Origin: Scyliorhinus canicula
Lineage: Eukaryota
Assembly (NCBI RefSeq): GCF_902713615.1
Contig: NC_052164.1
Span: 26,958,114-27,022,113, forward strand
Direction of reading: 5' to 3'
Length of the DNA stretch: 64,000 bases
Part shown: positions 49,690-61,945 of the stretch, piece by piece
Numbering within the stretch: the stretch's first letter is position 1
How the letters are laid out: each line of letters starts with the position of its first letter
Notes under the pieces: model-generated
What the model was told of the DNA's origin: nothing
What the model saw: only the letters and a program-made list of their open reading frames with translations
Database searches by the model: none
Translations under genes and position numbers: made by a program

Positions 49690-50740
49690 TCGTTTAACAG
49701 TGCAATCGAGCAAAAAATGATGGGCGGCTACTGTGATCAGGGTTGAACTTTATAAATCACTGGTTGAGCCCCAGCAGGAGTACCTTAGCAATTCTGGGCA
49801 CCGCACTTTAGCAGAGATGCCAAGGCCTTGGAGACGGTGAAGAAAGGATTGACGAGAAAGATACCAAAGATGCAATACTTCAGTCACGTGGGAAGATGAG
49901 AGCAGCGAGGGTTCTTCTCCTTCGAACAGAGGAGGTTGAAAGGAGGTTTAACAAAGGTAATGTGAGAATAGACGTTTGATCGAATAAATAAAGGGGAATG
50001 GTTTCCAGAGACAGTAAAGTCAGTAGCCAAAGGGCACAGATTGAAGGTAAATGGCAAAAGGCCAGAGGTAAGAAATAGAGTTTTACTTTTCACCTGAATT
50101 GTGATCTAAAACCTGAAAGGGTGATGGCAGAAAAAAGGATGGGCTGAATATTCCGTTTTTTTTTCCTAAGTGCTGGCCAGACGAGAAAAACTATGTGTCA
50201 CACGGACAAGGGAATTCATCCTTGGATGTCCGCAGAGGAAGCCCCCCCTAGCACTGCCTCCCGGCACTGCCCCTTACCGTGCCAGGATACCGCCCGGGCA
50301 TATACCTCTCCCTCTTGGGGGCTGTACATACCTGCGTGCCTCCGCCCCCCCCCCCCCCCCCCCCCCCGGTGTGGTCTCGTTGGCTCATACTTCTCCCGAC
50401 CTGTTGTAAACCACACCCACCTTTGCGGGAGAGAACCTCATTACATCAATGGCGGAGGGTTGGGACAATTGTGTCATGAGATCCCGCTGGTGAGATTCTC
50501 ACTTTTGGCCTCTCGCGGGATTTTGTGTCCATGTCACCATTTGCGCCCACGGCAAATGCGGGCACAAAATCCCGGCCAATGTCTTTCAAAAGGGAATTTG
50601 GATAAGTACTTGAAGGAGAAAAAATTTCAGGGGCAGAAGAAAAGGGCAGGGGAGTGGAAACAATTCACAAGCTCTTTCGGAGAGCCGTGACAGTCACAAT
50701 GGGCCAAATGGCCTCCTTCTGTGCTGTATTATTTTATGAT
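49690..50740 (+). mobile_element. Old CR1 3' fragment split by a MITE (50140-50578)
   Basis: LKLYKSLVEPQQEY..QFWAPHFSRD..; tail GGGCCAAATGGCCTCCTTCTGTGCTGTA. Confidence 0.7.
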
Positions 50741-51334
50741 TTTAAAATTCTAAGTGAATGGGAAGGAAAATGGGCAAAGTGTACAATTGGCAACTCTTTA
50801 CCTGTTGTGTGCTCTTAATAAAAGTTAAAACTTTCCCCAATGCACCCGAGTGTTGATTTTTTAGCAACTTTGTAACCATTTTCATGTCAGTATAGAGCTA
50901 AGACTGCAGTATAACTCCAGAGTATCTGGAGAGGAGAGGTTTGAGACCCACTGAGGGAGGCAGTCTCATGCTATTTGATTTTTACTATTTAAAATTGTTT
51001 GAATTAACCACAGCCATATCGGAATAGTAGGGAAATGACCCCTATGGAGTACATGTTAAAGAAAGTGACCTAAACACGCAATGAATCCTTTGTGTGAGGC
51101 AGTGAAAGGAGTACGCACCGAGTTGTAGAGAAAACAAAACTTACTTTATTTAACATGTTAACTATTATGTACAGCTCCAGTAGTTCCTACTCACTGGGTC
51201 TTCTCTAGGTGATGCCTGACTGGCCAACTCTACTTATACACAGGCACACAAACTGTATTGAGGGAACCTCACCCCTTTATCAGCGAAGCACGTATTCTGC
51301 AAGCTCCACAGGGAGCTTCTAACAAAATCTCAAA

Positions 51335-51605
51335 CCCAGGAAAGAGATACCAAAGTTTGAGGTCACGTACCAACTGACTCAAGAATAGCTTCTTCCCTAC
51401 TGCCGTCAGACTTTTGAATGGACCTAATTAGTATTAAGTTGATCTTTTCTCTACACCTTGCTTAACTGTAACATTATATTCTGCAGTCTCTCCTTCCTTC
51501 CTTATGTACGGTATGCATTGTTTGTACAGCATGCAAGAAACAATACTTTCACTGTAAACTAATACATGTGACAATAATAGATCAAATCAAAATCAAATCA
51601 AATCA
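51335..51605 (+). mobile_element. Rex1/Babar-type LINE 3' end
   Basis: GKRYQSLRSRTN*LKNSFFPTAVRLLN; tail CTTTTCACTGT..ACATGTGACAATAA plus (AAATC)n. Confidence 0.8.
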
Positions 51606-52029
51606 TATCTGTGCACATTTTTGGGTAGGAATTTTTACAAAATGATATGCAATACTTGAAAATAACTCCGAGAAAGATAACAAAGGTTAAGACCACAGAT
51701 CATGAGGCAATTATGATAAGCAAATGATAATCGACATTTATTGGGAAAATAAGATAGAGGAAGAGGGCACGGCTCATGTTTCACAGATTGTGAAGTTAAT
51801 TAATAGGACAGATATGGAGAGGTTCCTTGTGAAGAGAAGGACAAGCGGATGTGATGATGAACTAAGCAACTGTGAGCTAAATATAACGTCAAGGACAAAT
51901 TCCTCACATTTATGATTTTTGATTCAACAGGGTATAAAACAATAGGGCATTGGTGAAGCTATCTCAGGGCATCTGTGTTTGAACCTAAAATATGTTGCAT
52001 TGCATTGGCTAAATGGCCTTTTCCTTAAT

Positions 52030-52262
52030 TCCTTTTTTAATATAAATCTAAAGTATCCAATTCTTTTTGTTTTCCAATTAAGGGGCAATTTAGTGTGGCC
52101 AATCCACCTACCCTGCACATCTTTGGTTTGTGGGGGTGAGACCCACGCAGACACAGACAGAATGTGCAAACACAACACGGACAGTGACCTGGAGCCAGGA
52201 TTGAACCCAGATCCTCGGCGCCGTCAGGCAGCAGTGCTAACGACTGCACCACTGTGCCTCCA
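52030..52262 (-). mobile_element. Short HE1-related SINE with A/T tail (copy 4)
   Basis: TSD-like CTTTTCCTTAAT on both sides. Confidence 0.88.
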
Positions 52263-53150
52263 GGCTTTTCCTTAATCCTGCCACTTTATCTTCATTGACA
52301 ACTTTTTTTATATATATATTTTTGCTTCAGTTAGGGAACTCTGGAATTATAATCTGTGATAAGATTCATTTGGCAGCCAGTCAAACCTGGCAACTTCTGA
52401 ATTTGGCTCATTGTGAAATGTAGGACACTTGGTTTGCACAGCAGGTAAAGTACAGCTATCCACACTTTAATTGAAAGATTTTCCAAGTGGACCATGAATC
52501 ATTTTCTCTTTGTTCCACGTTACTAAACGCTGTGCGTAAAATTGAATTTTCCAGAGATTTATGTATGATACCACTGTGGAAACTTTGGAATCCATAAAAC
52601 TCAAGTTAAAACTTGGACAACTCCCGAGCGTAATGACATTCTTTTAATACATGTGCCACAATTAGACAAAGTACCTCAGGTAATTAAATTGCTTGTTAAA
52701 GCTCAAAAGGTCACAGCATATATTAATCTGATTAGATAACGAATGCAGCCTCACTTCCAGTTGCAGAGAGAATTTGACAATGTTATGATACAGCAATAAA
52801 CAATGCAGAATAGACATCACCACAGCAGATATTAATCTCATGGCTTGCTATTCCAGTTTTATAATTACAATTTCCATCCTGTAATTTTGTATCTTGCCTT
52901 GTCATAAATATCCAATGATTATCTCACAAGAACGGTTCGAATGAAGTAATTGCTCAAGACAATTTGACCCTTCATTTCGGAATATCAAACCCACTTAGGG
53001 AAGGTCTGCTCGGGGAGTGGACAATTGCTGGAAGGTTGTGTTATGAATATATTTTTCAGTAGTTGAGCTAAAGCAGAAGCCCAACTTTTGCTCCATTCAG
53101 TCCTTTCAGCGTCTGAGGAGGAATTTACTTTCATCAAACTGACCAATGTT

Positions 53151-53386
53151 GGGGCGGCACGTGGTGTAGTGTTTAGCACTGCTGCCCACGGCGCTGAGGG
53201 CCTGGGTTCGAATCCCAGCTCTGGGCCACTGTCCATGTGGAGTTTGCACATTCTCCTCATGTCTGCATGGGTTTCGCCCCCATAACACAAAGATATGCAG
53301 GTTAGGTGGATTGGCCATGCTAAATTGCCCCTTAATTGGAAAAAAATTAATAATAATTGGGTATCTGAAGTTATTTATTTTTTTTA
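53151..53386 (+). mobile_element. Short HE1-related SINE with A/T tail (copy 5)
   Basis: TSD AAACTG(A/G)CCAATGTT at 53136-53150 and 53387-53401. Confidence 0.9.
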
Positions 53387-53499
53387 AAACTGGCCAATGT
53401 TTCTTCTCTGCTGTTGATACTTTATATTTATATATAATCAGGATTTTTTTTTTACCCTCAATGACCCAATGGGAAATTCAACCTCAAACAGAAAAAAAT

Positions 53500-54820
53500 C
53501 ATTTCAAGGTATCAGCTGTTGTTCAGTTCACAGAATTCTCACCACTCAGCCAGAAGATGGTGGGTTCATGTTCAACCCCAAAGATTTGAGCACATATTCC
53601 AAGCTGGCACACCAGTGCAGTGCCGAAGGTATGCTGCATTGTTGAAAATGTTGGCCGGAATTTTCCGGTCGTGGAATTCTCTGTTCCCGCCCTGTCCATG
53701 GGTTTCACAACTGCGAGCGGTGGCTTCAATGGGAAATCCCATTGACAAGCTGTGGGGGTAAAGAATCCCACCGTCAGCGAGTGGCACGCCGCCGAACAAC
53801 GCGCAGCTGGGGGACCGGAGAGTGCAGCCTATTGTCTTTCAGTAAGAAGCCTTACAACACCAGGTTAAAGTCCAACAGGTTTGTTTCAAATCACTTGCTT
53901 TCGGAGTACTGCTCCTTCCTCAGGTGAATGAAGAGGTAGGTTACAGAAACATAAATATAGACAAAGTCAAAGATGCAAGACGATACATTGAATGCGAGCG
54001 TTTACAGGTAATTAAGTCTTTACAGATCCAGACAGAGGGGTAATCCCAGGTTAAAGAGGTGTGAATTGTCTCAAGCCAGGACAGTTGGTAGGATTTCGCA
54101 AGCCCAGGCCAGTTGGTGGGGGAGTGAATGTAATGCGACATGAATCTAAAGTCCCGGTTGAGGCCGTACGCATGTGTGTGGAACTTGGCTATAAGTTTCT
54201 GCTCGGCGATTCTGCGTTGCCGTTCCCCGACTGGAAGGGAACATTTCTGTCTGGCGATTGTCGCGCGATGTCCGTTCATCCTTTGTCGCAGCATCTGCAT
54301 GGTCTCGGCAATGTACCACGCTTCGGGACATCCTTCTATGCAGTGTATGATTGTAGACAACGTTGGCCGAGTCGCACGAGTATGTACCGCGTACCTGGTG
54401 GGTGGTGGTGACTCAGCCAACGTTGGTTCCCCGGCAGCGGAGTGTGCAAACAATGGAAAAACTCGCTAACAGTGGTGGAACTGGAAGATCCCACTGCCAG
54501 CCAATGGTGGGCCGCCGGCCGCCTCTACAAAACACATCATGTCGGCAGGAGGTGGAAAATCAAGTCCATTAAGTCTGTTCTATCTGGCCTAAGTGATTCT
54601 ATGGCACTATTTCTGGTGTCCTAGCCAATATCCATCCCTCAGTTGACATCACACACAAAAAAATGTAATGAACTCATTGCTATTTATGATACCTTGTTAT
54701 GTTCAGACTGACTGCTTGTAATGTTTCTATTTACAACAGTTGCCTCCACTTCAAATGTACTTAATTGGTTAGAAAGTGCTTTGGGAAGACCTGTTGATGT
54801 GAAATTTGCAATATAAATGT
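53500..54820 (+). mobile_element. Ancient Deu-domain SINE split by nested MITEs and a Penelope element
   Basis: Head and 5' Deu at 53500-53645; 3' Deu and tail (GGTGTCCTAGCCAATAT..GTGCTTTGGGA..ATATAAATG) at 54570-54820. Confidence 0.55.
53839..54425 (-). mobile_element. Penelope-like retroelement 3' fragment (GIY-YIG endonuclease remnant and pLTR with mutated hammerhead)
   Basis: YSCDSANVVY/..C..CPEAWYIAETMQMLRQRMNGHR..AEQKLIAKF..GLNRD; pLTR matches 3478-3675. Confidence 0.9.
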
Positions 54821-56039
54821 GAATTTTTCCTTAATGATTTCATGAACAAAAGGACTTCCACGGCTTCCCCGCCGCATATTTCTCGGGCGGCGGGATTCTC
54901 TGCTCCCACTGCTGTCAATGGGAATTCCCATGGAAGCCTACCCATGCCGCCAGGAGTGAACTGCCAGCTGGACCAGAGAATCCTGCCCCCAGCGAACAGC
55001 TGGAGAATTCCGCCCAAGGAATTGGTTTGAAGAAGGCTGCCTTCATATTCTTAATGCAGTAAAATTTGTCACTGAAATGCAAACAAAAATTTAATTTACG
55101 TCAGTTGTTGAAATATAATTTCCTGTCTTATGTTGAGACCAAGGCTGAAGTGGTAGGAATTAAGATATTTTTTGATTGCCAGCTCATTGGATGATGTGGG
55201 ACCCAGAGGGGAACTTGCTGCTGTTTCTGCCATAAGGCACCCTAGGGCATGTAAGGGCCAATTTGATTCTTTATTCAGAACACCAACCTTATTTAAAGCA
55301 GAATCGAGGCCTAGTTGGGGAGGATAGGAAAGGTTTACAACCCACATTGTCACAATTCCTAAAAATCTTCCAAACTCTGATAGCTTCTCTGGATAACTAA
55401 ACAATATAATTTTATCGTGAGGAGATGAGAAAGCACATTTACTGTAACAACAAAGCTATTAGGGCTGGGTAATAAAATCCCAGCATTGTCAGCAATATTC
55501 ACATCCCAAGAATAGTAATAAACCGAAACCATTACTCCCAACTGGCATTAAATGAATCACTTTCAATGTTAAATCTAAATCATGTGAGAGAATTTGAAAG
55601 CAAGGTGTGAATTTTTAAATTTACTGCCTACAAGCTGCACCGATAGAAGCATTTTTCTGTCTCTAAACTTGGTTTGGACAGTTAAAACACTTGAAAATAT
55701 GTTATGTAAATAGTACGTTGCATGCCAAATTTCTTCGTCCACTAATTGAATATAATCAAGTTAATATCTCAATAAAAACCATGGAATAACTTGCACAATG
55801 ATATTTTCAATAAAAATCTCAAGGCATGAGGGTATTCTTTTCGCATTGCTTTGATTAATACTAGTTTGAAACCTTGTCTCAAATTGTATTGAATAAGGTG
55901 AGAAGAGTCTCCTTAAAACTTAAGTGAGATTTGTTTTTAATTTAATTGATTCTGAATTTAGTTTGGAATAAAATCTCCAACAAAATGGAAGCTGCTTTTC
56001 GAACAGCTACAGATTCAATCCTAATACATTTTGAGAATT

Positions 56040-56744
56040 GGCGGCCAATTTTCAGAACTATGAATCGGCTGGGATGAGATCTCACTGAGCCGGAAACAAA
56101 AATTTGGTTCAGGTCACGTCCGCTCATATGCAAAGCGTACAAATGCTGGAGTTTTACTCCAGAGATTCCTGCAAAAAAAGTACAGCTAATTCAGTGCCCT
56201 GCAGGAGGCTAGCAGGGACCAGGAGTAATTCATGCAGCTTTAGCTGCGGATACGGGCCCCCCACTTCCTGCTTTGAGTCCACGCTTGCGCATAGTGGCGG
56301 TCTCCAGCGACCGCGCCAAGCGCCATGGCGACTCAGACCGCGGAGACAGACTGAAAAACTAGAGCCCCGCACCCCCCGATCTGCCACGCACCCAAGGATC
56401 TGACTGCGCGGATCTTAACCCCGGCCGTCTACAAGGCCCCACCCGGTGTCTGATTCCCCCACCAGGGCGGCCGCGGACTGAGTCCGTAGCCGCCAAGCCA
56501 GCATCCCAACCGGCAATATCAGGTTAGTTCCACGCCGTCGAGAACTCGGCCAGTCGGGAGCGGAGGGTCGCTGGGCTGGCCTCTATTAAAGGGCTCCAGC
56601 CGCGCGGCGTACTCCACGATCACGCCGATTCTCTGGACCAGGAGAATCGCCGGACCAGCGCCAGGCCCGATTTCGGCTTGAAATTGGATTCTCTGCCCCC
56701 GTGCCGAACATGATTTCAGCGTGGGGCTGCGGAGAATCCAGCCC
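56040..56744. mobile_element. Harbinger-type MITE
   Basis: Right TIR GGAGAATCCAGCCC; internal similarity to 44930-45496. Confidence 0.75.
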
Positions 56745-57724
56745 AACATCCTTTGTGATAATCAGACATCAGTGTACTGCTGTCTTTGCTATTAACCTAC
56801 TTGCTGGATTTGAAAGGAGCAAGTGAGATCTGTAACATTTAACAGGTGAGCCAATGAAGTTCCTTTGGATACACATCTCTTTGCTCTATTAGGGCACTTG
56901 TTCTACTTGTAACCTGATAACAGTGATAAATATTGGATCTAAGATTCTAAAACTAGAAATCCATTAAAACTCTAATGTCCAGTTTTCTGAAGCCTAGTGG
57001 AAAAAAGTGCAGAATTGTTGATGCAATGATAATGTTCTGCCTAAATATGATTATGTATATAGCTTTATTGAATTTATCAGAGAGCTAACAGCAAAATAGA
57101 AATCATGCGACAGTTATTAAATCTATTCCTTTTACGAGTTAATACTCGTAATGCAGACCTTCACTGAGAACTCAGTATTTCAGTATGTCCCATGTGGGTT
57201 CTATCCATTTGTTTAATGGGCAGAAAATCATGTGAGTTGAACATTTGGCCCCCAAATTGGCACAATAGTTAGGTGGGTGCATGAAGTGAGTGGGGAAGGT
57301 GGAGCAGGGAGCAGTAGTGAAGGGGCCTTAAGCGCGGTCAACAGAAACTTTGAATTTCTGGTAGTACAGCAGTGCTAACATGCCTCTATTGCTCCTCTAC
57401 CGGTACAGATCTTCCACTGAAATGATTCAAACCACACCATCCCTAGCCTTTATGGTAGGGTTCCTGATGTGTTCTAAATGGTTGCACTTTATTGCTGTTT
57501 CCTCTTAAGGGTTCATTAAGTTTAGAAACCTTTAGCATAGGTTGTGTACCACAGTCTTTGAAGTAAGTCGCTCATAAATCTAGGCTCAACTGGCAAGACA
57601 AGGTTCCATTCTTTGCTTTAATAAGGCCTAACCTATCTATCCAACTCATTCCCAAGTCAGTGAAAATTGACCATTGTACCAGGAAATAATTGAACAATCA
57701 AAAGCCATCAAGGGTAAGAACCTC

Positions 57725-58050
57725 AATTTTTCCCAGGGTAGAGGGGTCAATTACTAGGGGGCATAGGTTTAAGGAGCGAAGGGCAAGGTTTAGAGTAGAT
57801 GTACGAGGCGAGTTTTTTTACACAGAGGGTAGTGGGTGCCTTGGAACTCGCTGCCGGAGGAGGTGGTGGAAGCAGGGACGATAGTGACATTTCAGTCATC
57901 TTGACAAATACATGAATAGGATGGGAATAAAAGGATACGGACCCCGGAAGTTTAGAAGATTTTAGTTTAGACGGGCAGCATGGTCGGCGCACGTTTGAAG
58001 ACCTGAAGGGCCTGTTCCTGTGCTGTACTTTTCTTTGTTCTTTGTTCTTA
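57725..58050 (+). mobile_element. CR1/HER1-type LINE 3' end
   Basis: FPRVEGSITRGHRFK..FFTQRVVG; tail GAAGGGCCTGTTCCTGTGCTGTAC plus (TTCTTTG)n, shared with HE1. Confidence 0.88.
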
Positions 58051-58769
58051 ACTCCTCTGGACCCCATGAGGAACTCATGAGCCTTGCTGGAGTTCCTCAC
58101 TCCCTCACCTTCACATTGGTCAGAATTTTGCACTCGCTGGACGGGCGTGTGGCTGACACGTTGGAGTGCGAAAAGGGGTGCAATGATGTTGGGATGGCAT
58201 CCTGATGTCATTGCTCTGCTCCACAATATTTCTGTTAGTGGACGTGCACAGAAGTCGGAACCGCACCTTCAACAGTTGAAGGACCAATTAAAGCCATTTA
58301 AAGAGGAATTGTCTCCGATTTTACACTTGGTGCGCAGGCACAGTGGCCAGGTAGCCTCCATGCTTTTCATGAATTCTGTATCCAGAGTGGAATAAAGGTC
58401 ACACAGGATCACACAAGATGAATAGGTAGGAGTCTTTATGTGGAGTTGGTAGTTTCAGGCATTTTCCCGGTGTTCTGGGGAACACTGAGTCTCAGCATTT
58501 GCAGAGACCACCTGCCGATGGACCCCTTCAGTACACAATCCTGTGCAATCACCTTTAAAAACAAATGGGGAGTGCATATTTCTGCTGGCGGGGCCTCCTT
58601 GAGAAGAGGAGAGGGCCCAAATGAAGAGGAGGCCACTAGCCCGCGACCCAGAGCCAGACCTCTGTTTGAGGGGCACAGCCAGATGGGGTGCAGAAGGGTC
58701 CAGAGAAGGTGCCATTATCCAGCAGACAGAGTTTACAGACAACACTTCTGTTACCTGGTCATGTTTTTT

Positions 58770-59375
58770 TTTCTTTGTTCTTTCATGAGTTGTGGGCGTC
58801 GCAGGCAAAGCTAGCATTTGTTGCCCTTCCCCTAGCGCCCTCGAATTGAGTGGCATTTCTTTTAAAATTTAGATTACCCAATTATTTTTTCCAATTAAGG
58901 GGCAATTTACTGTGGCCAATCTACCTATACTGCACATTTTTGGGTTGTGTGGGTGAAACCCACGCAGACACGGGGAGAATGTACAAACTCCACACGGACA
59001 GTGACCCAGAGCCGGGATCGAACCTGGGACCCCTGCGCCATGAGGCAGCTGTGCTAACCACTAGGCCACTGTGCTGCCCTTTGAGTGGCATTTTTTAAGA
59101 GTCAACCACATTGCTGTGGGTCTGGAGTCACTTGTAGACCAGACCAGATAAGGAATACTGATATCCTTCCCTAAAGGACATTAGTGAACCAGATGGGTTT
59201 TAATGACGATCAACAATGATTTCATGGTTATCATTAGACTTTTACTCCCAGAGTTTTTATTGAATTCAAATTTCATTATCTGCTGTGGTGGGATTTGAAC
59301 CAGCGACCCCGGAGCATTATCCTGGGTGTCTGGATTACTAGTCCGGTGACAATACCACTATGCCATTGCCTCCCC
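58770..59375 (-). mobile_element. SacSINE1-like SINE, interrupted by a short SINE
   Basis: Paralog of 43500-43857. Confidence 0.85.
58859..59079 (-). mobile_element. Short HE1-related SINE with A/T tail (copy 6)
   Basis: TSD TTGAGTGGCATTT at 58846-58858 and 59081-59093. Confidence 0.9.
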
Positions 59376-59613
59376 TTATCTGAGATCTGAGATTCTGCCT
59401 CTCCAGGGAGACTGTCAACTCCAGGTGTGAAATGATCGGTCCTGAAATTGCCTCCAACTGTGTAGGTGGCCACCCTAAGCCAATGACTGTTTAAGGTGAC
59501 AGTTGCTCTGAACTTTTGCACCTCAGGTTCTTCCCTGTGGTGGGTGGGAGATTCATGTGGTGTATACCAATCGGATGGTCGCAGCTGTATCAAGCTGGTC
59601 ACTGACAAACTTA

Positions 59614-59937
59614 TGTTATTCTCTAAGTCTGAATAAAGATTGTAGACTTCCAGTTAACACAAATACTTTATTCAATGGGTTCGTTCTGTTTCCAGAGCTT
59701 AACTAGATTAATACAGTCAAGAGGTAAGACCAGTGAAGCTAAGGTGAACTGCCTAGGCTGAGCTGTCTCTGTCTGCTGCTGCTGCTCACTAGCCCTGTGC
59801 TTCTGAAAGAGGCAGATCCTCCCTTGGGCTGGACCCGTCTCTGATGCTGCCCTCTAGTGATGCTGTGGCTGTTACATCTGTCTGTAGTCCCTGGTGTATG
59901 TGCAGATGTATGTACAAATGTACAGATCACTACAACA
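59614..59937 (-). mobile_element. Solo LTR
   Basis: TGT...ACA, near-TSD CTTA/CTGA, CTCF-like motif at 59845-59860. Confidence 0.6.
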
Positions 59938-60575
59938 CTGATCTGAAATTTCAGTACTTACATTCACTTTCAGACTGACGTGGCTAGCCAGGCAGAGCAA
60001 GCCACATGAGTCACTGCAATTGCAGGATTCCCCTGACCCTCGGGAGCAATTGTCAGCACACATGCCCATAAAGGCACGAGCAGGTGAGCTGAGTGCTTGT
60101 CGATAGAAAGGGCTTCCACTTCCTCAACGTCCAGATGAGTGGACACCTCCAAGACTGAGACAATGCCACGCAGACCCTCGGCGATCTCTGCCAGATCCTC
60201 CCGCATATCCTGCTGGACATCCAACATCTGATGTCTGATGGATGACTCCAGAAGATCATCATCAGCCTTGGGCTCAACATCGGCCTGGTCTCCAACATTC
60301 CTCTGACAGTTGGTGCACTGCGGACTCTCAGCCTTCGCCAGCTCCTCAGGTGACTGTGATGTTCCTGCTCCACTGTGCACTGCCACCTGCTCCAAGTCGC
60401 TCATGCCCACTGATGTGCATGTATCTGAGCTGATGCATGGTGCAGAGGGAGGGTGACACGAGTGCATCTAGCAACTGTTATCCCTTGGGCTGAAGGGGGG
60501 TTGTCCTCTGGGGTCATGGTGATAAGGTATTTAGTGGAGGAAGCCAAAATGTCAACATCAAACATCATGACATCA

Positions 60576-60846
60576 GAACATAAGAACATAAGGACTAAGA
60601 GCAGGAGTAGGCCATCTGGCCCCTTGAGCCTGCTCCGTCATTCAGTGAGATCATGGCTGATCTTTTGTGGACTCAGCTCCACTTTTCGGCCCGAACACCA
60701 TAACCCTTAATCCCTTTATTCTTCAAAAAACTATCTATCTTTACCTTAAAAACATTTAATGAAGGAGCCTCAACTGCTTCACTGGGCAAGGAATTCCATA
60801 GATTCAAACCCTTCGGGTAAAGAAGTTCCTCCTAAGCTCAGTCCTA
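60576..60846 (-). mobile_element. CR1 3' end, same subfamily as 10186-10799
   Basis: Near-identical reverse complement of ~10530-10799. Confidence 0.92.
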
Positions 60847-61945
60847 TCTGACAAAGTCAGAGAGCACACATTCTGATTCAGATTGGACATGCGGCCTGAC
60901 AAAGACTTCTCAATGGACGTGTATCGGGAATAACTGCATTTCACATATAACTCTTACAAGGGCAGCCCACATCTCTCATACCCTACACCAATTCCGTTTC
61001 CATTGGACTCTTACTTTTATCCGATATTCCTGCTACTCTGTGACCTGTGGACCTAGTTCCTGCTTGTAGACCATTCCTGGGGCTTGCTCCTCTGTCTGAG
61101 TGTAAACAGGTTTGGGATCTCCCCACCCACCCGTTCTTGCTCCAATGCATCATAACTCCTCTTCTCCTATACATACATTGCAGCCTTCCCCCCCAGAAAG
61201 TCATTGAACTTTTCCTAATACTGGATCCAGCTTCTGCTGCTGACCAGGACTTTCACCTCAGTTCAGTACTTCTTGGTGATATGTGGTGGCCTTCTTGTGT
61301 CATCTCTTGGCAGTGGAATGTCTCTTTGGTCATATACTGCCTCCAGCAAGGCCCACAAGGCATTCATCTGAGAAATGGGGGTGGGGAGCTGGGATGGGGG
61401 CAGACTGAGTCTGGGCATTCCCCTCATGTCGGTTCTGGACAAAAACACTATGCCGGACACAAAAGCAGCACTCCAAAGAAAGAAAGGTGACCAAACAATA
61501 CTGATATGCTAACCAGCTCCCTGAGGACCAGCTCACAGATCTCCAGCCTTCCTGTTCCTGCCCTCTTCCCTCCCCTGGCCAGCAGTGCCGATAACATGTC
61601 GGGGCTTGTTTCACACTGGCTAGCAGTTAATTGGCCAGCCGGTATGAAATTGATTTCTGGAGCCAATTACGGGCAGAAGTGAATTACACCTCCTCTTCCG
61701 GTTCCGCCTTGAACGTACCACCCAAAATTCAGGCCATTAGATAAGTTTGGGAAATGGGCAAGGAGCATGCAAATGAGGCCTGGCTGTTAGGATTGGTCGA
61801 GTCCGCCTGCTGTTAATCCTGACAGTTAGGCTGTTCGATTCACCACAGGAGTAGAAATCATAGCCATGATAGATTGTATGTACATGTGTCTTAGAAGCTG
61901 GGTCAACTCAATCCTCCATTGTCTCAAATTTCAAAATGAAAGATG

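Larger units (their letters stand above)
58118..61735. mobile_element. Decayed PIF/Harbinger transposon 3
   Basis: TIRs GGTCAGAATTTTG / CAAAATTCAGGCC with 3-bp TSD ATT; transposase N-terminal remnant RRCHYPADRVYRQHFCYLVM (~58700-58762, +); Myb remnant APHPHFSDE/LLEAVYDQRDIPLP..EKFND (~61200-61430, -). Confidence 0.82.
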
